Shown: positions 9,533-19,237 of the stretch, one piece after another
Numbering within the stretch: the stretch's first letter is position 1
How the letters are laid out: each line of letters opens with the position of its first letter
Origin: Minisyncoccota bacterium
GTDB lineage: Bacteria > Patescibacteriota > Minisyncoccia > UBA6257
Length of the DNA: 64,000 nt
Direction of reading: 5' to 3'
Assembly (NCBI GenBank): GCA_028695015.1
Contig: JAQVJR010000002.1
Location: 706-64,705 of the forward strand
Notes under the pieces: model-generated
The model's database searches: none
What the model was told of the DNA's origin: nothing
What the model saw: only the letters and a program-made list of their open reading frames with translations
Made by a program: the position numbers and the translations under genes

Positions 9533-9727
9533 AATTTATTTTAATTTAGGTTTTTATAAACAAACATTTGACAAAATTATATAAGAGAATTAATATACAA
9601 TTAGAATTCATAGGAAGAAGCACCTCTTTAGGTTTTGTCCTCAAGCGGTGCTCTTTTATTTTATAAACTTTAATGCTTGTTTTCTCTTTGCTATATTTTA
9701 CATTCTTTTACTTGAATTTACAAAAAT

Positions 9728-10678
9728 TTATTTATCCCAAGGAAAATCATTACCAAAATGCCCCCATTGGCTAGTTTTGAAATAGATAGGTTTTCTTAAA
9801 TCTAGGAAATCAATAATTCCTTTAGGGGTTAAATCAAATCCTTTAATTTGTATTTCCTTATTATCTATTAGAGCACTTTTCATTAAAGGTTGTTTTTGGC
9901 CAATAGCATAAGCTAATTTAATTAAAACTTCTTTTGCCTTGTATTTTTTTAAATAACTTATGGCTATTTTCCTTGCCATATAAGCAGCACTACGATCAAC
10001 TTTTGAAGGGTCTTTGCCACTAAAGCAACCTCCACCAACAGGTATTCTTGGTCCATAACTATCAACAATAATTTTTCTTCCAGTTAAACCAGTATCAGCA
10101 TCAAACCCACCAATACTCCAATCACCACAAGGATTAATGCAATATTCTTTTGCTTTTATTAGAGATTTTACTAATTTCTCAAGATCTTTTTGAGGAACAT
10201 TTTGAAAACTAACAACTACTGTTGATATTTCTTTATTTTTTATTGTTACTTGGGTTTTGCCATCAAAGGGATATTTTTCATAAATCTTTTGACATAAATC
10301 CCTTGCTAGTTCATATTCTAAAGGCATTAAGCTTTTTGTCTCTTTAGTAGCATAACCAATCATAATCCCCTGATCTCCTGCTCCACCAATTTCTACTCCC
10401 TGGGCTATTTCTGGACTTTGTTCAACTAGATTAATACTTAAATTATAATTCTTATTAATTAAGCTATAAACAATATCTGTAATTTGTTTTTTACTAATCT
10501 TGGCTTTACTTTTAATTTCTCCAATAATGACAATTTTATTATGACCTCCGATAACTTCTATAGCTGTACGACTATCTTTATCTTTTTCAAGATAATAATC
10601 TAAAATCTTATCTGCAATTTGATCACAGGTTTTATCAGGATGTTTTGGAGAAACAAATTCTGCTGTTTTGATTTTCAT
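9728..10678 (-). CDS. metK: S-adenosylmethionine synthetase (compact form)
   Basis: HPDKTCDQIAD, GAGDQG, DTGLTGRKIIVD and SGKDPSKVDRSAAY motifs. Confidence 0.96.
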   Translation of the reverse strand: MKIKTAEFVSPKHPDKTCDQIADKILDYYLEKDKDSRTAIEVIGGHNKIVIIGEIKSKAKISKKQITDIVYSLINKNYNLSINLVEQSPEIAQGVEIGGAGDQGIMIGYATKETKSLMPLEYELARDLCQKIYEKYPFDGKTQVTIKNKEISTVVVSFQNVPQKDLEKLVKSLIKAKEYCINPCGDWSIGGFDADTGLTGRKIIVDSYGPRIPVGGGCFSGKDPSKVDRSAAYMARKIAISYLKKYKAKEVLIKLAYAIGQKQPLMKSALIDNKEIQIKGFDLTPKGIIDFLDLRKPIYFKTSQWGHFGNDFPWDK

Positions 10679-10700
10679 AATTCATATTGATTTAAAATTA

Positions 10701-10726
10701 AAACTCCTTCTTTAGAGAAGGAGTTT
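10701..10726 (-). terminator. Riboswitch-controlled terminator
   Basis: 11-bp stem AAACUCCUUCU/AGAAGGAGUUU between the aptamer and metK. Confidence 0.75.
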
Positions 10727-10746
10727 CTTAAATTAAAAATCGACCT

Positions 10747-10855
10747 TATTATCCTTCCCTAAATTAGGGCTGGATTTAGCACCTTCTTTAAGAAGTCATC
10801 TTAAAGGGTTGCTGCCGGATCTCAGGACCAGTTTCCTCCCCGGACTCTTGATAAC
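10747..10855 (-). ncRNA. SAM-I (S-box) riboswitch
   Basis: Minus strand reads UUAUCAAGAG…GGAGGAAACUGGUCCUGAGAUCCGGCAGCAACC…GGUGCUAAAUCC…GGAUAA, the canonical P1-P4 layout, upstream of metK. Confidence 0.9.
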
Positions 10856-10902
10856 TAACAATATTCAATTATTTTGTATTATATCATGAGAAAAGAGTGA
10901 TT

Positions 10903-11388
10903 TCAAATTTGTTCACGCTTATTTAGCATAAATTCTTGTAACCAAATAGCATCCTTTGTAAAGAGGACAAAAGAGCTGTCAGGTGTATGTTCTGACTTTT
11001 TATTACGTATTTTTATTTGAGCTGGTGATGAAGTCCAAAAATTTATTTTTGTTAATTGCAAGAAACGCATTAATATACCTGATCTTAATTCAATATTTTG
11101 AATACTATTAGATGGTATTAATTTTGATCTTTTTACTAAAATTCCAGATTTGATAGCTATACCATCTTCTTTCACTATAAAAGAAAAGTTTAAATAATGT
11201 AAATACAAAACAAAGAAAGCAGGAATAAAGACAAAGAATATTAATCCTGGTATTAAAATAGCCCCAACTTCTAAGGCATTAAGGATAGATAAAAGAATTA
11301 AAAAGAAAATAATTAAAACAACAAAGTTCAATAAGTAATATGATAATACTTTTTTAGGCATTTTGTGAGGAATATTTAAATTTATCAT
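10903..11388 (-). CDS. Membrane-flanked bacterial PH domain protein (bPH_2)
   Basis: Two TM helices followed by IKSGILVKRSKLIP…IQNIEL..GILMRFL. Confidence 0.75.
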   Translation of the reverse strand: MINLNIPHKMPKKVLSYYLLNFVVLIIFFLILLSILNALEVGAILIPGLIFFVFIPAFFVLYLHYLNFSFIVKEDGIAIKSGILVKRSKLIPSNSIQNIELRSGILMRFLQLTKINFWTSSPAQIKIRNKKSEHTPDSSFVLFTKDAIWLQEFMLNKREQI

Positions 11389-11419
11389 AGATATTTTATT
11401 TTATTTAAATTTTAATTTA

Positions 11420-13864
11420 TTATTTCCAAAGTTTTAAAATTTTATTTTTAATCTTTTGATCAAAAAACTTAATCAACTCTTTATTAGCCTTAATAGCTTT
11501 CTGCTCCAAATCAAGCACTTCGATAATTTGTTTTTGAACTTTTATTGGTGGCAAAGGTACTTGGAGATTCTGAATATCGTTTTGGTTTATACTTGGGTAT
11601 GCTCCTCGCTCCATTCTTAAAATCATTTGATTTTGCAAGTAATCAGAGAAAAGTACGTAATATATATATTTACCAATAACATTCTTTTTTGGAGCAAGGA
11701 CGGCAAAACCTGTAGAAACTATTGTATTTTTTGGCAATTCGTTTAAATATGCGAAAGCTTTTAAATTTGGTCTAACTGTAGATAATAAAATATCTCCCTT
11801 TTGAGCAATTCTTTTTGCCCTACTTGGTGCTTCATCGCCTTTTATTTTATTCCTAAAAGAAATATTACCAGATGTGTTTTCCACAGAAGAAATATCAACA
11901 TAGTAAAATAATTTATTTCCATAAGTGCTTATAGGATCAATGGAATTTTTATTTATTTCTACAATTTCTTCTAATCTTTTTATTTCCCATTCTGGATTAA
12001 TTTCAATGATTGGTTTATAATTTTCTATTATTTGTTTCGCACCGTCTATGATTTTTTGATAATTATTAAGCTCCGCAACAATTTGTTTTTGAACTTCCAT
12101 TGGCGGGAGAGGGATTTGAATTTTCCTTAAATATTGTTTTGACAAATGCTTAAGTCCCGCTCCTCTAAAACCAGCATTAAGAACATTTATATTATTTTTA
12201 AGACAGTAATATAAGAACGTATTGTCTAAATCTTTGGTTTTACTTTTAATAACGAAAACATCAGCAGAGGTTGTAAAATTTCTTGATAAATGAACGCTCG
12301 CCATGCCTCCTGTGCCTAAAATTAAGGCTTCTTCTTTATAGTCAGCTACATTAAACCATTTATCCTGTACTTGACTTGAAGTAAAAAATGGATAATCTCC
12401 AGTAAGTTTACCATCGCCAGCTTTTCTTTTTGATTTTTGCAAGAATTCAATTAATTTTCCTAATTCCACCATTTGCCACGTCGCTTCCATTCCAATTCCT
12501 CTTTCACTGCTGGCATAATGGTTAATAGAAAGATTATATTCCCCGTCCTCGGCAATCTTTTCTTTTTTGATAACACTTGCTAATTTTTGCTCTTTTTCGC
12601 TAAGATTAAATTTTTTATCTTGCTGAACTGTTTGCTTATATTTTTTAATAATTTCTAAAGCTTTGGGTAAATCATTTTTATCTATTTCTCTCCTTTGTGC
12701 ACCTAGATCAAAACCATCATTTTCAATTTTGACAAATAGAATTTCTTTCACTTTTCGTGCTATTGGATTGCTGAAAAACAAGATACTAGTCTTGACACCA
12801 GCATAAGGATTAAATACTCCTCGTGGCAAAGAAACAACAGCCCAAAGTCCGTCTTCAACAAGTATTTTACGAAGCTGTTTATAGGCTCTACCTGATTGAA
12901 AAATTATACCTTCTGGAACAATAATACCAGCTTTTCCATTAGGAGCTAGATGCTCTACTATATAGTCTACAAACAATACCTCTGACCGTTTAGATTGTAT
13001 AAGAAAGCGATTATGAGGCTTTATACCACCTCTTGGAGTCATAAAAGGAGGATTAGCTAGTAAACAATCAAAAGCATCATCCCAACGCTCTAAACTGCTT
13101 AAAGTGTTATATTCATAGATGCCAGGTTCAGCGAAACCATGTAAATAAAGATTTACAAGTGATAAACGTACCATTTCGTGAGATATATCATAACCTACTA
13201 TATTATTCGTCAGTTTTTTTCTTTCTGTAGAAGTCAATAAAGAACCTGGCCTGCCCATTTTCTTATCTGTATTATTTTTTAATATATGTTTGTAAGCGGC
13301 AATAAGAAAACCAGCAGTACCACAAGCTGGATCTAATATCTTATCTTCTTTTTGTGGGTCAACTATTTCAACTATAAAATCAATGATATGACGTGGTGTT
13401 CTAAAATAGCCTGCTTTCTTTTGTCCAGCAACAGTTGATAAAAGATATTCAAAAGCGTTTCCTAACTCTTCGCTATGATCATATTTAAATTCATTAATTC
13501 CTTTAAGAAATAAATCTAATATGGCCGGATCTTTAAATGGTAAAATAGCACCCTTAAAAATATCCCTGAATAGCTGCGGTAGTTTATTATTCGTGCTCAT
13601 TTTTTCTAATCCTTCAGAATAAAGCAAAACTCTTTCGTGCCCAGCGAGAGAACGATCCATTATATTTTTCCAAGAATATTTTTTATATTCACCAGAAAAA
13701 AATAATTTACCGCCTAATTCCTCATTCTGTTCATCAATATCACTCATGAACTTATAAATTAAACTAAGCGTGATTTGTTCTATCTGTTGAGAAGGCACAG
13801 GAATTTTACCAACAAGCACATCACGCAAGTAATCTATTTTTCTTTTTGTTTCTGCGGTTAACAT
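11420..13864 (-). CDS. hsdM: Type I R-M fused methyltransferase-specificity subunit (HsdM-HsdS)
   Basis: FRTPRHI, DPACGTAGFL and NPPF (N6-adenine MTase) motifs, then two TRDs each ending in PLPP..VQKQI. Confidence 0.9.
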   Translation of the reverse strand: MLTAETKRKIDYLRDVLVGKIPVPSQQIEQITLSLIYKFMSDIDEQNEELGGKLFFSGEYKKYSWKNIMDRSLAGHERVLLYSEGLEKMSTNNKLPQLFRDIFKGAILPFKDPAILDLFLKGINEFKYDHSEELGNAFEYLLSTVAGQKKAGYFRTPRHIIDFIVEIVDPQKEDKILDPACGTAGFLIAAYKHILKNNTDKKMGRPGSLLTSTERKKLTNNIVGYDISHEMVRLSLVNLYLHGFAEPGIYEYNTLSSLERWDDAFDCLLANPPFMTPRGGIKPHNRFLIQSKRSEVLFVDYIVEHLAPNGKAGIIVPEGIIFQSGRAYKQLRKILVEDGLWAVVSLPRGVFNPYAGVKTSILFFSNPIARKVKEILFVKIENDGFDLGAQRREIDKNDLPKALEIIKKYKQTVQQDKKFNLSEKEQKLASVIKKEKIAEDGEYNLSINHYASSERGIGMEATWQMVELGKLIEFLQKSKRKAGDGKLTGDYPFFTSSQVQDKWFNVADYKEEALILGTGGMASVHLSRNFTTSADVFVIKSKTKDLDNTFLYYCLKNNINVLNAGFRGAGLKHLSKQYLRKIQIPLPPMEVQKQIVAELNNYQKIIDGAKQIIENYKPIIEINPEWEIKRLEEIVEINKNSIDPISTYGNKLFYYVDISSVENTSGNISFRNKIKGDEAPSRAKRIAQKGDILLSTVRPNLKAFAYLNELPKNTIVSTGFAVLAPKKNVIGKYIYYVLFSDYLQNQMILRMERGAYPSINQNDIQNLQVPLPPIKVQKQIIEVLDLEQKAIKANKELIKFFDQKIKNKILKLWK

Positions 13865-13869
13865 ATTAA

Positions 13870-16377
13870 TTAAACAAAAGCATTTAGCCTAACATTATCT
13901 TTTATATATTCAGGGATTTTAGTTAAATAATCTTCTTTGCCAAGTTTTTGTAAAACCTCTATTATTGTTGGATCTCCAGCTAATTCATTAAAACGTTTTT
14001 GATTAATTACTGTTCGGAAGTTTTCATCTACTAAATAGCTTCTAAAAAATTCACGTGCTTCGTAATACAATTCCGGCTTAATTTCTGAATTAACTAAATA
14101 CTTTTCAAATTCTTCTTGCGCTAATTCATCTTTTGATTTAAAACGTGGAATACGTCCCAAAACTTTATCCATTATTTCCCAAAAGGAAATATGACGGTCA
14201 GCTTTATATCCTTGCCTAATACGCTCTAAGGTAAAGAAATCTTCTGGTTTATTGAATATATTTTCTTTAACAAACTGCTCCATTAATTCATAATCACCAT
14301 TCTTAATAGCTTCTTTAAATTCATTATGTTTTTTAGCAGCCTCTTTAACTGTATTTTCAAACCGGCTAATATAAAGTTCTTTATCTACACGCATTATATT
14401 TCCTTCAAAAGTCATTACTTCCATCATCTTTAAAGGATCAGGGATGTTAATTGAAGTTTTATCAACTAATGGTACTGGGGCTAGCTTTTCTGTTATGCCT
14501 TTTTTTCTTGGAGGTAATTTAATAACTTGATCATAGGGATATTTCGTTTCAAAATATTCACAATTAGCAAAAAAATCAAAAAGTTTATACCCTTCCTTTG
14601 TTTTTCTCACTTCATTATCTCTATCTGAATGCTTAAAAGTATAAATACGAGTACCACGTCCTTTAATCTGAACAAAATCAGTTGGTGAAAAAATTGGTCT
14701 CATTAAACAAAGATTTAATACATCTTGGCAATCATAACCAGTTGTCATCATTCCAACAGTTACACAAACTCTTGTTTTGCTAGACTTATAACCTTCTAGA
14801 AATTTAGTAAATCCATTAAGTTTATTATTAGCAAAATTAATAGTCATTTTTTGAGCACTTGGAACATCTGAAGTAATCTGAACAGCAAAATCAGAATTGT
14901 ATTTTTCAGGAAACATTTTCATAGCAAATTCATTTAATATCTGAGTAATCTTTGAAGCGTGCTTACGACTAACACAGAACACGATTGTTTTTCCTATTTC
15001 ATTAGTTATGGGATCACGTTCAGCATTATCCATAAATGCTTTTACGAATTCAGAATTTGTTTGTTCGGAAAAGAAATTTCTTTCAAAATCACTTTGGTTA
15101 TAAATAACTTGTTCTTCTTCCCCTTCCTCTGTTTGTACCTGTACTGCATAACCTTCATCAGATAAAAGCTGAGTCGTTATTTCTGTACGACAATCTATGG
15201 CTGTTGGTAAAACCAAGAATCCATCTTTGGCACCATCAACTAGTGTATAGCGAAAAGTTGGTTCACTGCTCTCACACCCAAATGTTTTATAAGTAGATAA
15301 AAGATTGCGTCTTTCCATTTCTCTAGGATCACGTTCATTAATATCTTTCTGACTAAGATTTTTAAGATAATCTTTTGGAGTAGCAGTTAAACCTAATTTA
15401 TGGCCAATAAAATATTCAAAAATGGTGCGACTATTTCCAGAAATTGAACGATGGGCTTCATCAGAAATGATTAAATCAAAATCAGTGGGCGTAAAGATTT
15501 TAAGATATTTATTATTATGAGAAATGCTTTGGACTGTGGTAATAACAACTTCAGCTTTACGCCAATCATCTCTATTCTGTTTAAAAATAACTGTATGATA
15601 ATCTGGCTGTAAGAATTTTTTAAATGCTTTTTCAGCTTGATTTTCTAATTCCAAACGGTCAACTAAAAACAAAACACGGCGTGCATTGTTAGTTTTAAGA
15701 TAAAGCTTAATAATTGCAGAAGCAAGAACTGTTTTACCAGTACCTGTTGCCATTTCAAAGAGAAAGCGATTTTTACCCTCAGAAACAGCTCTTTGTAAAG
15801 ATTTTATAGCATCAAGTTGATATTGACGAAGAAAATGTAAGCCAGTATCAAAAATAAATGACTGCCTTTTTTGTTCATCAGGCCATCGTGGGTCTTGTTC
15901 GTAAAAAGGGTTTTGAGTTAAGGCAATATAATTTTCTTTTATTTCTTCCTTTATAATTTTATTAGTATCTGGAGTAAATTCTTTATTACCTTTTAAGCTT
16001 TGAAGGGTTGGAAATGTAGAAATTCTTGTTGGATTGCCTAATTCTTTATCCCAAAAATAATGAATATTACCATTAGAAAGAATGATAAAGCGAACATTTT
16101 GACTATTAGCATATCGGCGAGCTTGCTCCTTGCCAATTAAAGGATCTTTACTTTCAGATTTTGCTTCTAAAACACAGATTGGAAAGTTTTGATTATCTAA
16201 TAAAAGATAATCTACAAAACCTGTACTAGATTTTTGAAAATCATTTCCCAGCTCCTCTATTTCAATATTACCTTCTAGTTTTATATTTGCTTTTCCATCT
16301 TTATTATCAAAAAATCTCCAACCAGATTTTTGGAGCAAATCATTAATTTTAATCCTCGCCCTTGCTTCTTTTTCCAT
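13870..16377 (-). CDS. hsdR: Type I restriction subunit R (EcoAI/EcoEI-like)
   Basis: D…LEAK nuclease motif, MATGTGKT Walker A, DEAH, GLTATP and QIKGRGTR motifs. Confidence 0.92.
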   Translation of the reverse strand: MEKEARARIKINDLLQKSGWRFFDNKDGKANIKLEGNIEIEELGNDFQKSSTGFVDYLLLDNQNFPICVLEAKSESKDPLIGKEQARRYANSQNVRFIILSNGNIHYFWDKELGNPTRISTFPTLQSLKGNKEFTPDTNKIIKEEIKENYIALTQNPFYEQDPRWPDEQKRQSFIFDTGLHFLRQYQLDAIKSLQRAVSEGKNRFLFEMATGTGKTVLASAIIKLYLKTNNARRVLFLVDRLELENQAEKAFKKFLQPDYHTVIFKQNRDDWRKAEVVITTVQSISHNNKYLKIFTPTDFDLIISDEAHRSISGNSRTIFEYFIGHKLGLTATPKDYLKNLSQKDINERDPREMERRNLLSTYKTFGCESSEPTFRYTLVDGAKDGFLVLPTAIDCRTEITTQLLSDEGYAVQVQTEEGEEEQVIYNQSDFERNFFSEQTNSEFVKAFMDNAERDPITNEIGKTIVFCVSRKHASKITQILNEFAMKMFPEKYNSDFAVQITSDVPSAQKMTINFANNKLNGFTKFLEGYKSSKTRVCVTVGMMTTGYDCQDVLNLCLMRPIFSPTDFVQIKGRGTRIYTFKHSDRDNEVRKTKEGYKLFDFFANCEYFETKYPYDQVIKLPPRKKGITEKLAPVPLVDKTSINIPDPLKMMEVMTFEGNIMRVDKELYISRFENTVKEAAKKHNEFKEAIKNGDYELMEQFVKENIFNKPEDFFTLERIRQGYKADRHISFWEIMDKVLGRIPRFKSKDELAQEEFEKYLVNSEIKPELYYEAREFFRSYLVDENFRTVINQKRFNELAGDPTIIEVLQKLGKEDYLTKIPEYIKDNVRLNAFV

Positions 16378-16490
16378 TATTTCTGAATTTTTCTATAATT
16401 CTATTTATTTAAATAAAAAACCCCCACCGTTTTTATACTATATCATTTTTTTGGAAAACAAGGAATGCTTAGGGTATAATAAGAAACATC

Positions 16491-18065
16491 ATGAAAAATC
16501 AAGAAAAATTAGCTCAAATAATAGTAGAAAGAGCTAATAAACAACAAGTATCTACTAAACAAGAGATTATTGAAATTCAAAGGGAAGTTAGTAAAGAATT
16601 TCATAATTTTTTTATTCCTTTTTCTGAATTATTAAAAAGCTATAAAAAATTAATTCAATTAAAGAAAATCCTACCTAATAAACAATTAGAAGGATTGTTA
16701 AAAAAAGCTAGAATTCGTTCTTTATCAGGCATTGTAGCTATTACTGTAATTACTAAACCTTATCCTTGTCCAGGAAATTGTTTGTATTGCCCTGATATAT
16801 CTAATATGCCTAAAAGCTATTTACCTGATGAACCAGCTTGTATGCGGGCTTTATTAAATAAGTTTGATCCATATAAGCAAATCCAAATGAGAACTCAAGC
16901 TTTAAGAGCTAATGGACACCCAACAGATAAAATAGAATTAATTGTCTTAGGAGGTACCTGGTCATATTATCCTAAAAAATACCAAAATTGGTTTATTAAG
17001 AGATGCTTTGATGGAGCTAATAATAAAACATCTAAGAGCTTAGAATTAGCTCAAAAGATTAATGAAAAAACAGATAATAGGATTATTGGTCTAACAATAG
17101 AAACTAGACCTGATTATATTAATCTAGAAGAAGTAGAAAGATTAAGAAAATTAGGTGTTACTAGAGTGGAATTAGGAATTCAAAGCCTAGAAGATGATGT
17201 TTTAGAATTTAATAAAAGAGGTCACTTAGTTGATCAAACCATAAAAGCAACAAAATTATTGAAAAATGCTGGATTTAAAATCACTTATCATATGATGCTT
17301 AATTTACCTGGTTCTGATTTAAAAAAAGATGAAAAGATGTTTGTTAAACTATTTTCTAATCCTGATTTTCAACCAGATCAATTAAAAATCTATCCTTGTG
17401 CTGTTTTAAAAACCGCACCTTTGTATAAAATGTTTTTAGATAAACAATACCAACCATATACAGAAAAACAGCTAATAAATCTTTTAATTAAAATCAAAGA
17501 GGAAATCCCTTCATATGTTAGGATTATCAGAATCATTCGTGATATTCCTGCTAATAATATTATTGCTGGGAATAAAGTTTCAAATTTAAGACAAGTAATT
17601 CAAGCTCAGATGAAAGAAGAAAACAAATCCTGTCAATGTATAAGATGTCGAGAACCTTATGATATTCCAATTGATTTTAAGAATGTTAAATTAATTCACA
17701 GAGAATATATGGCTCATAATGGTAAGGAAATCTTTCTTTCTTATGAAGATGTAAAAAACAACAAGATTTTAGCTTTTCTAAGATTGCGTTTACCAAATGA
17801 ATGGACTTTTCCTTATCTTAAAGATTCTGCTCTCATACGTGAATTACATAGTTATGGTATAGTGGCGCCTTTAAAAAAAGACAAGAAATCTAATATCCAA
17901 CATAAAGGTTTGGGTAGTAAATTAATGAAACAAGCAGAAAAGATTGTTAAAGAACATACTCAATATAATAAAATAGCCGTGATTAGCGGCATAGGAGTTA
18001 GAGAATATTATCGTAAATTAGGATATCGTTTATCTAATACTTATATGATAAAGAAACTTTTGTGA
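16491..18065 (+). CDS. elp3: Elp3-family tRNA U34 carboxymethyltransferase (radical SAM plus acetyltransferase domain)
   Basis: CPGNCLYCP, IETRPD, LKIYP, RELHSYG, QHKGLG and VISGIGVREYY motifs. Confidence 0.93.
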   Translation: MKNQEKLAQIIVERANKQQVSTKQEIIEIQREVSKEFHNFFIPFSELLKSYKKLIQLKKILPNKQLEGLLKKARIRSLSGIVAITVITKPYPCPGNCLYCPDISNMPKSYLPDEPACMRALLNKFDPYKQIQMRTQALRANGHPTDKIELIVLGGTWSYYPKKYQNWFIKRCFDGANNKTSKSLELAQKINEKTDNRIIGLTIETRPDYINLEEVERLRKLGVTRVELGIQSLEDDVLEFNKRGHLVDQTIKATKLLKNAGFKITYHMMLNLPGSDLKKDEKMFVKLFSNPDFQPDQLKIYPCAVLKTAPLYKMFLDKQYQPYTEKQLINLLIKIKEEIPSYVRIIRIIRDIPANNIIAGNKVSNLRQVIQAQMKEENKSCQCIRCREPYDIPIDFKNVKLIHREYMAHNGKEIFLSYEDVKNNKILAFLRLRLPNEWTFPYLKDSALIRELHSYGIVAPLKKDKKSNIQHKGLGSKLMKQAEKIVKEHTQYNKIAVISGIGVREYYRKLGYRLSNTYMIKKLL

Positions 18066-18068
18066 TTT

Positions 18069-18611
18069 TCATATTATCTTAATGTATTTTTTAGAAAAAA
18101 TATTTCCTAAGAAAAAATCTTTTTCTTTCATTTTTTTATCAAATTCTTTTTTAGCAAGTTCTATAGAATTAATTTCCCTACCGCTTAATCGTTGAATTTC
18201 TAAAAGATGTTTTTGAAGCTCAAGAGTATCAAAATCCCCAATAATTAAAAGATCTATATCGCTTTCTGGAGAAAGTTTATTATCAGCATAAGGCCCAAAA
18301 ATATAAATAGAATCAATGCCTTTTATTTTTTCCAATCTTTCTTTTAGAATTTTCTCAAACCCGATTTTTTTTAATACAATATTTCGATATTCTTTTAAAA
18401 GTGGATAATTTTTATTAATAAAAAAATAACGTTGATTTCCTTGAAATTCATCATCTAAAATCCCTTGCTCTTTAAGTTCTATAAGTTTTGTATGCACATT
18501 TTTAGGATCTTCTTTGATTATTTTGGCTATTTCATTAATATAAAACCTTTCATCCTCATTAAGGAAGAAATAATTAAGAAGTTTTTTTGTGATTTTAGAG
18601 CGTATGACCAT
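18069..18611 (-). CDS. wHTH plus minimal nucleotidyltransferase (MNT/MntA-like antitoxin)
   Basis: N-terminal wHTH; IYIFGPYA…ESDIDLLIIG pol-beta-type motif. Confidence 0.82.
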   Translation of the reverse strand: MVIRSKITKKLLNYFFLNEDERFYINEIAKIIKEDPKNVHTKLIELKEQGILDDEFQGNQRYFFINKNYPLLKEYRNIVLKKIGFEKILKERLEKIKGIDSIYIFGPYADNKLSPESDIDLLIIGDFDTLELQKHLLEIQRLSGREINSIELAKKEFDKKMKEKDFFLGNIFSKKYIKII

Positions 18612-18618
18612 ATTCCCT

Positions 18619-18660
18619 TATGGTTAATTTCTACCATAATTATGGTAAATTTTTACCATA
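18619..18660. promoter_or_regulatory. Tandem inverted-repeat operator
   Basis: TATGGT-N8-ACCATA at 18619-18638 and again at 18641-18660. Confidence 0.65.
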
Positions 18661-18676
18661 AAAGCAAGTCCAGAAT

Positions 18677-19237
18677 TTATTTTATAGAAAACTCACAACC
18701 ACAGTATTTTTGAGAATAGAGGTTGTGTTTTTTAATTAATTCTTGTTCTTTTTGATAAGCTTGAAAAGGTTCTAAATCAAAGGTTATATATTTAAGATTA
18801 TTTTGTTTAGCTATCTTAAAACCATAGTCATTAATAAACTTAATATCTTTAAAACGATTAATACTTAAAGTTGTAGCAAATTCTTTAAAACCATTTTCTT
18901 TTGCAAATTCAACTGTTTTATCTAAACGAAAAGCAAAACAATTTAAACATCTTTTATCATTTTCTAAATAAGATTCTAAAGAATGTAATAATGATTTTTT
19001 AAGATATTCAAGCCATTTATCATGCTCATATTCATCAATAATTAATTTTAGATTATAAATCTCAGAGATTTTCTTAACTTGTTCTAATCTTTTAATATAT
19101 TCTTGTTTTGGAAAAATATTAGGATTGTAAAAATACAAAACAATGTCTTTGTTTTGTATTTCATTTAATAAATATTCAATTATGGGTAAGGCACAAGGAG
19201 CGCAACAAGTATGAATAAGCATAGAATTAAATTTCAT
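18677..19237 (-). CDS. queH: Epoxyqueuosine reductase QueH
   Basis: HTCCAPC, FYNPNIFP, RCLNC..RL and QKYCGC motifs; next to tgt and queA. Confidence 0.93.
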   Translation of the reverse strand: MKFNSMLIHTCCAPCALPIIEYLLNEIQNKDIVLYFYNPNIFPKQEYIKRLEQVKKISEIYNLKLIIDEYEHDKWLEYLKKSLLHSLESYLENDKRCLNCFAFRLDKTVEFAKENGFKEFATTLSINRFKDIKFINDYGFKIAKQNNLKYITFDLEPFQAYQKEQELIKKHNLYSQKYCGCEFSIK

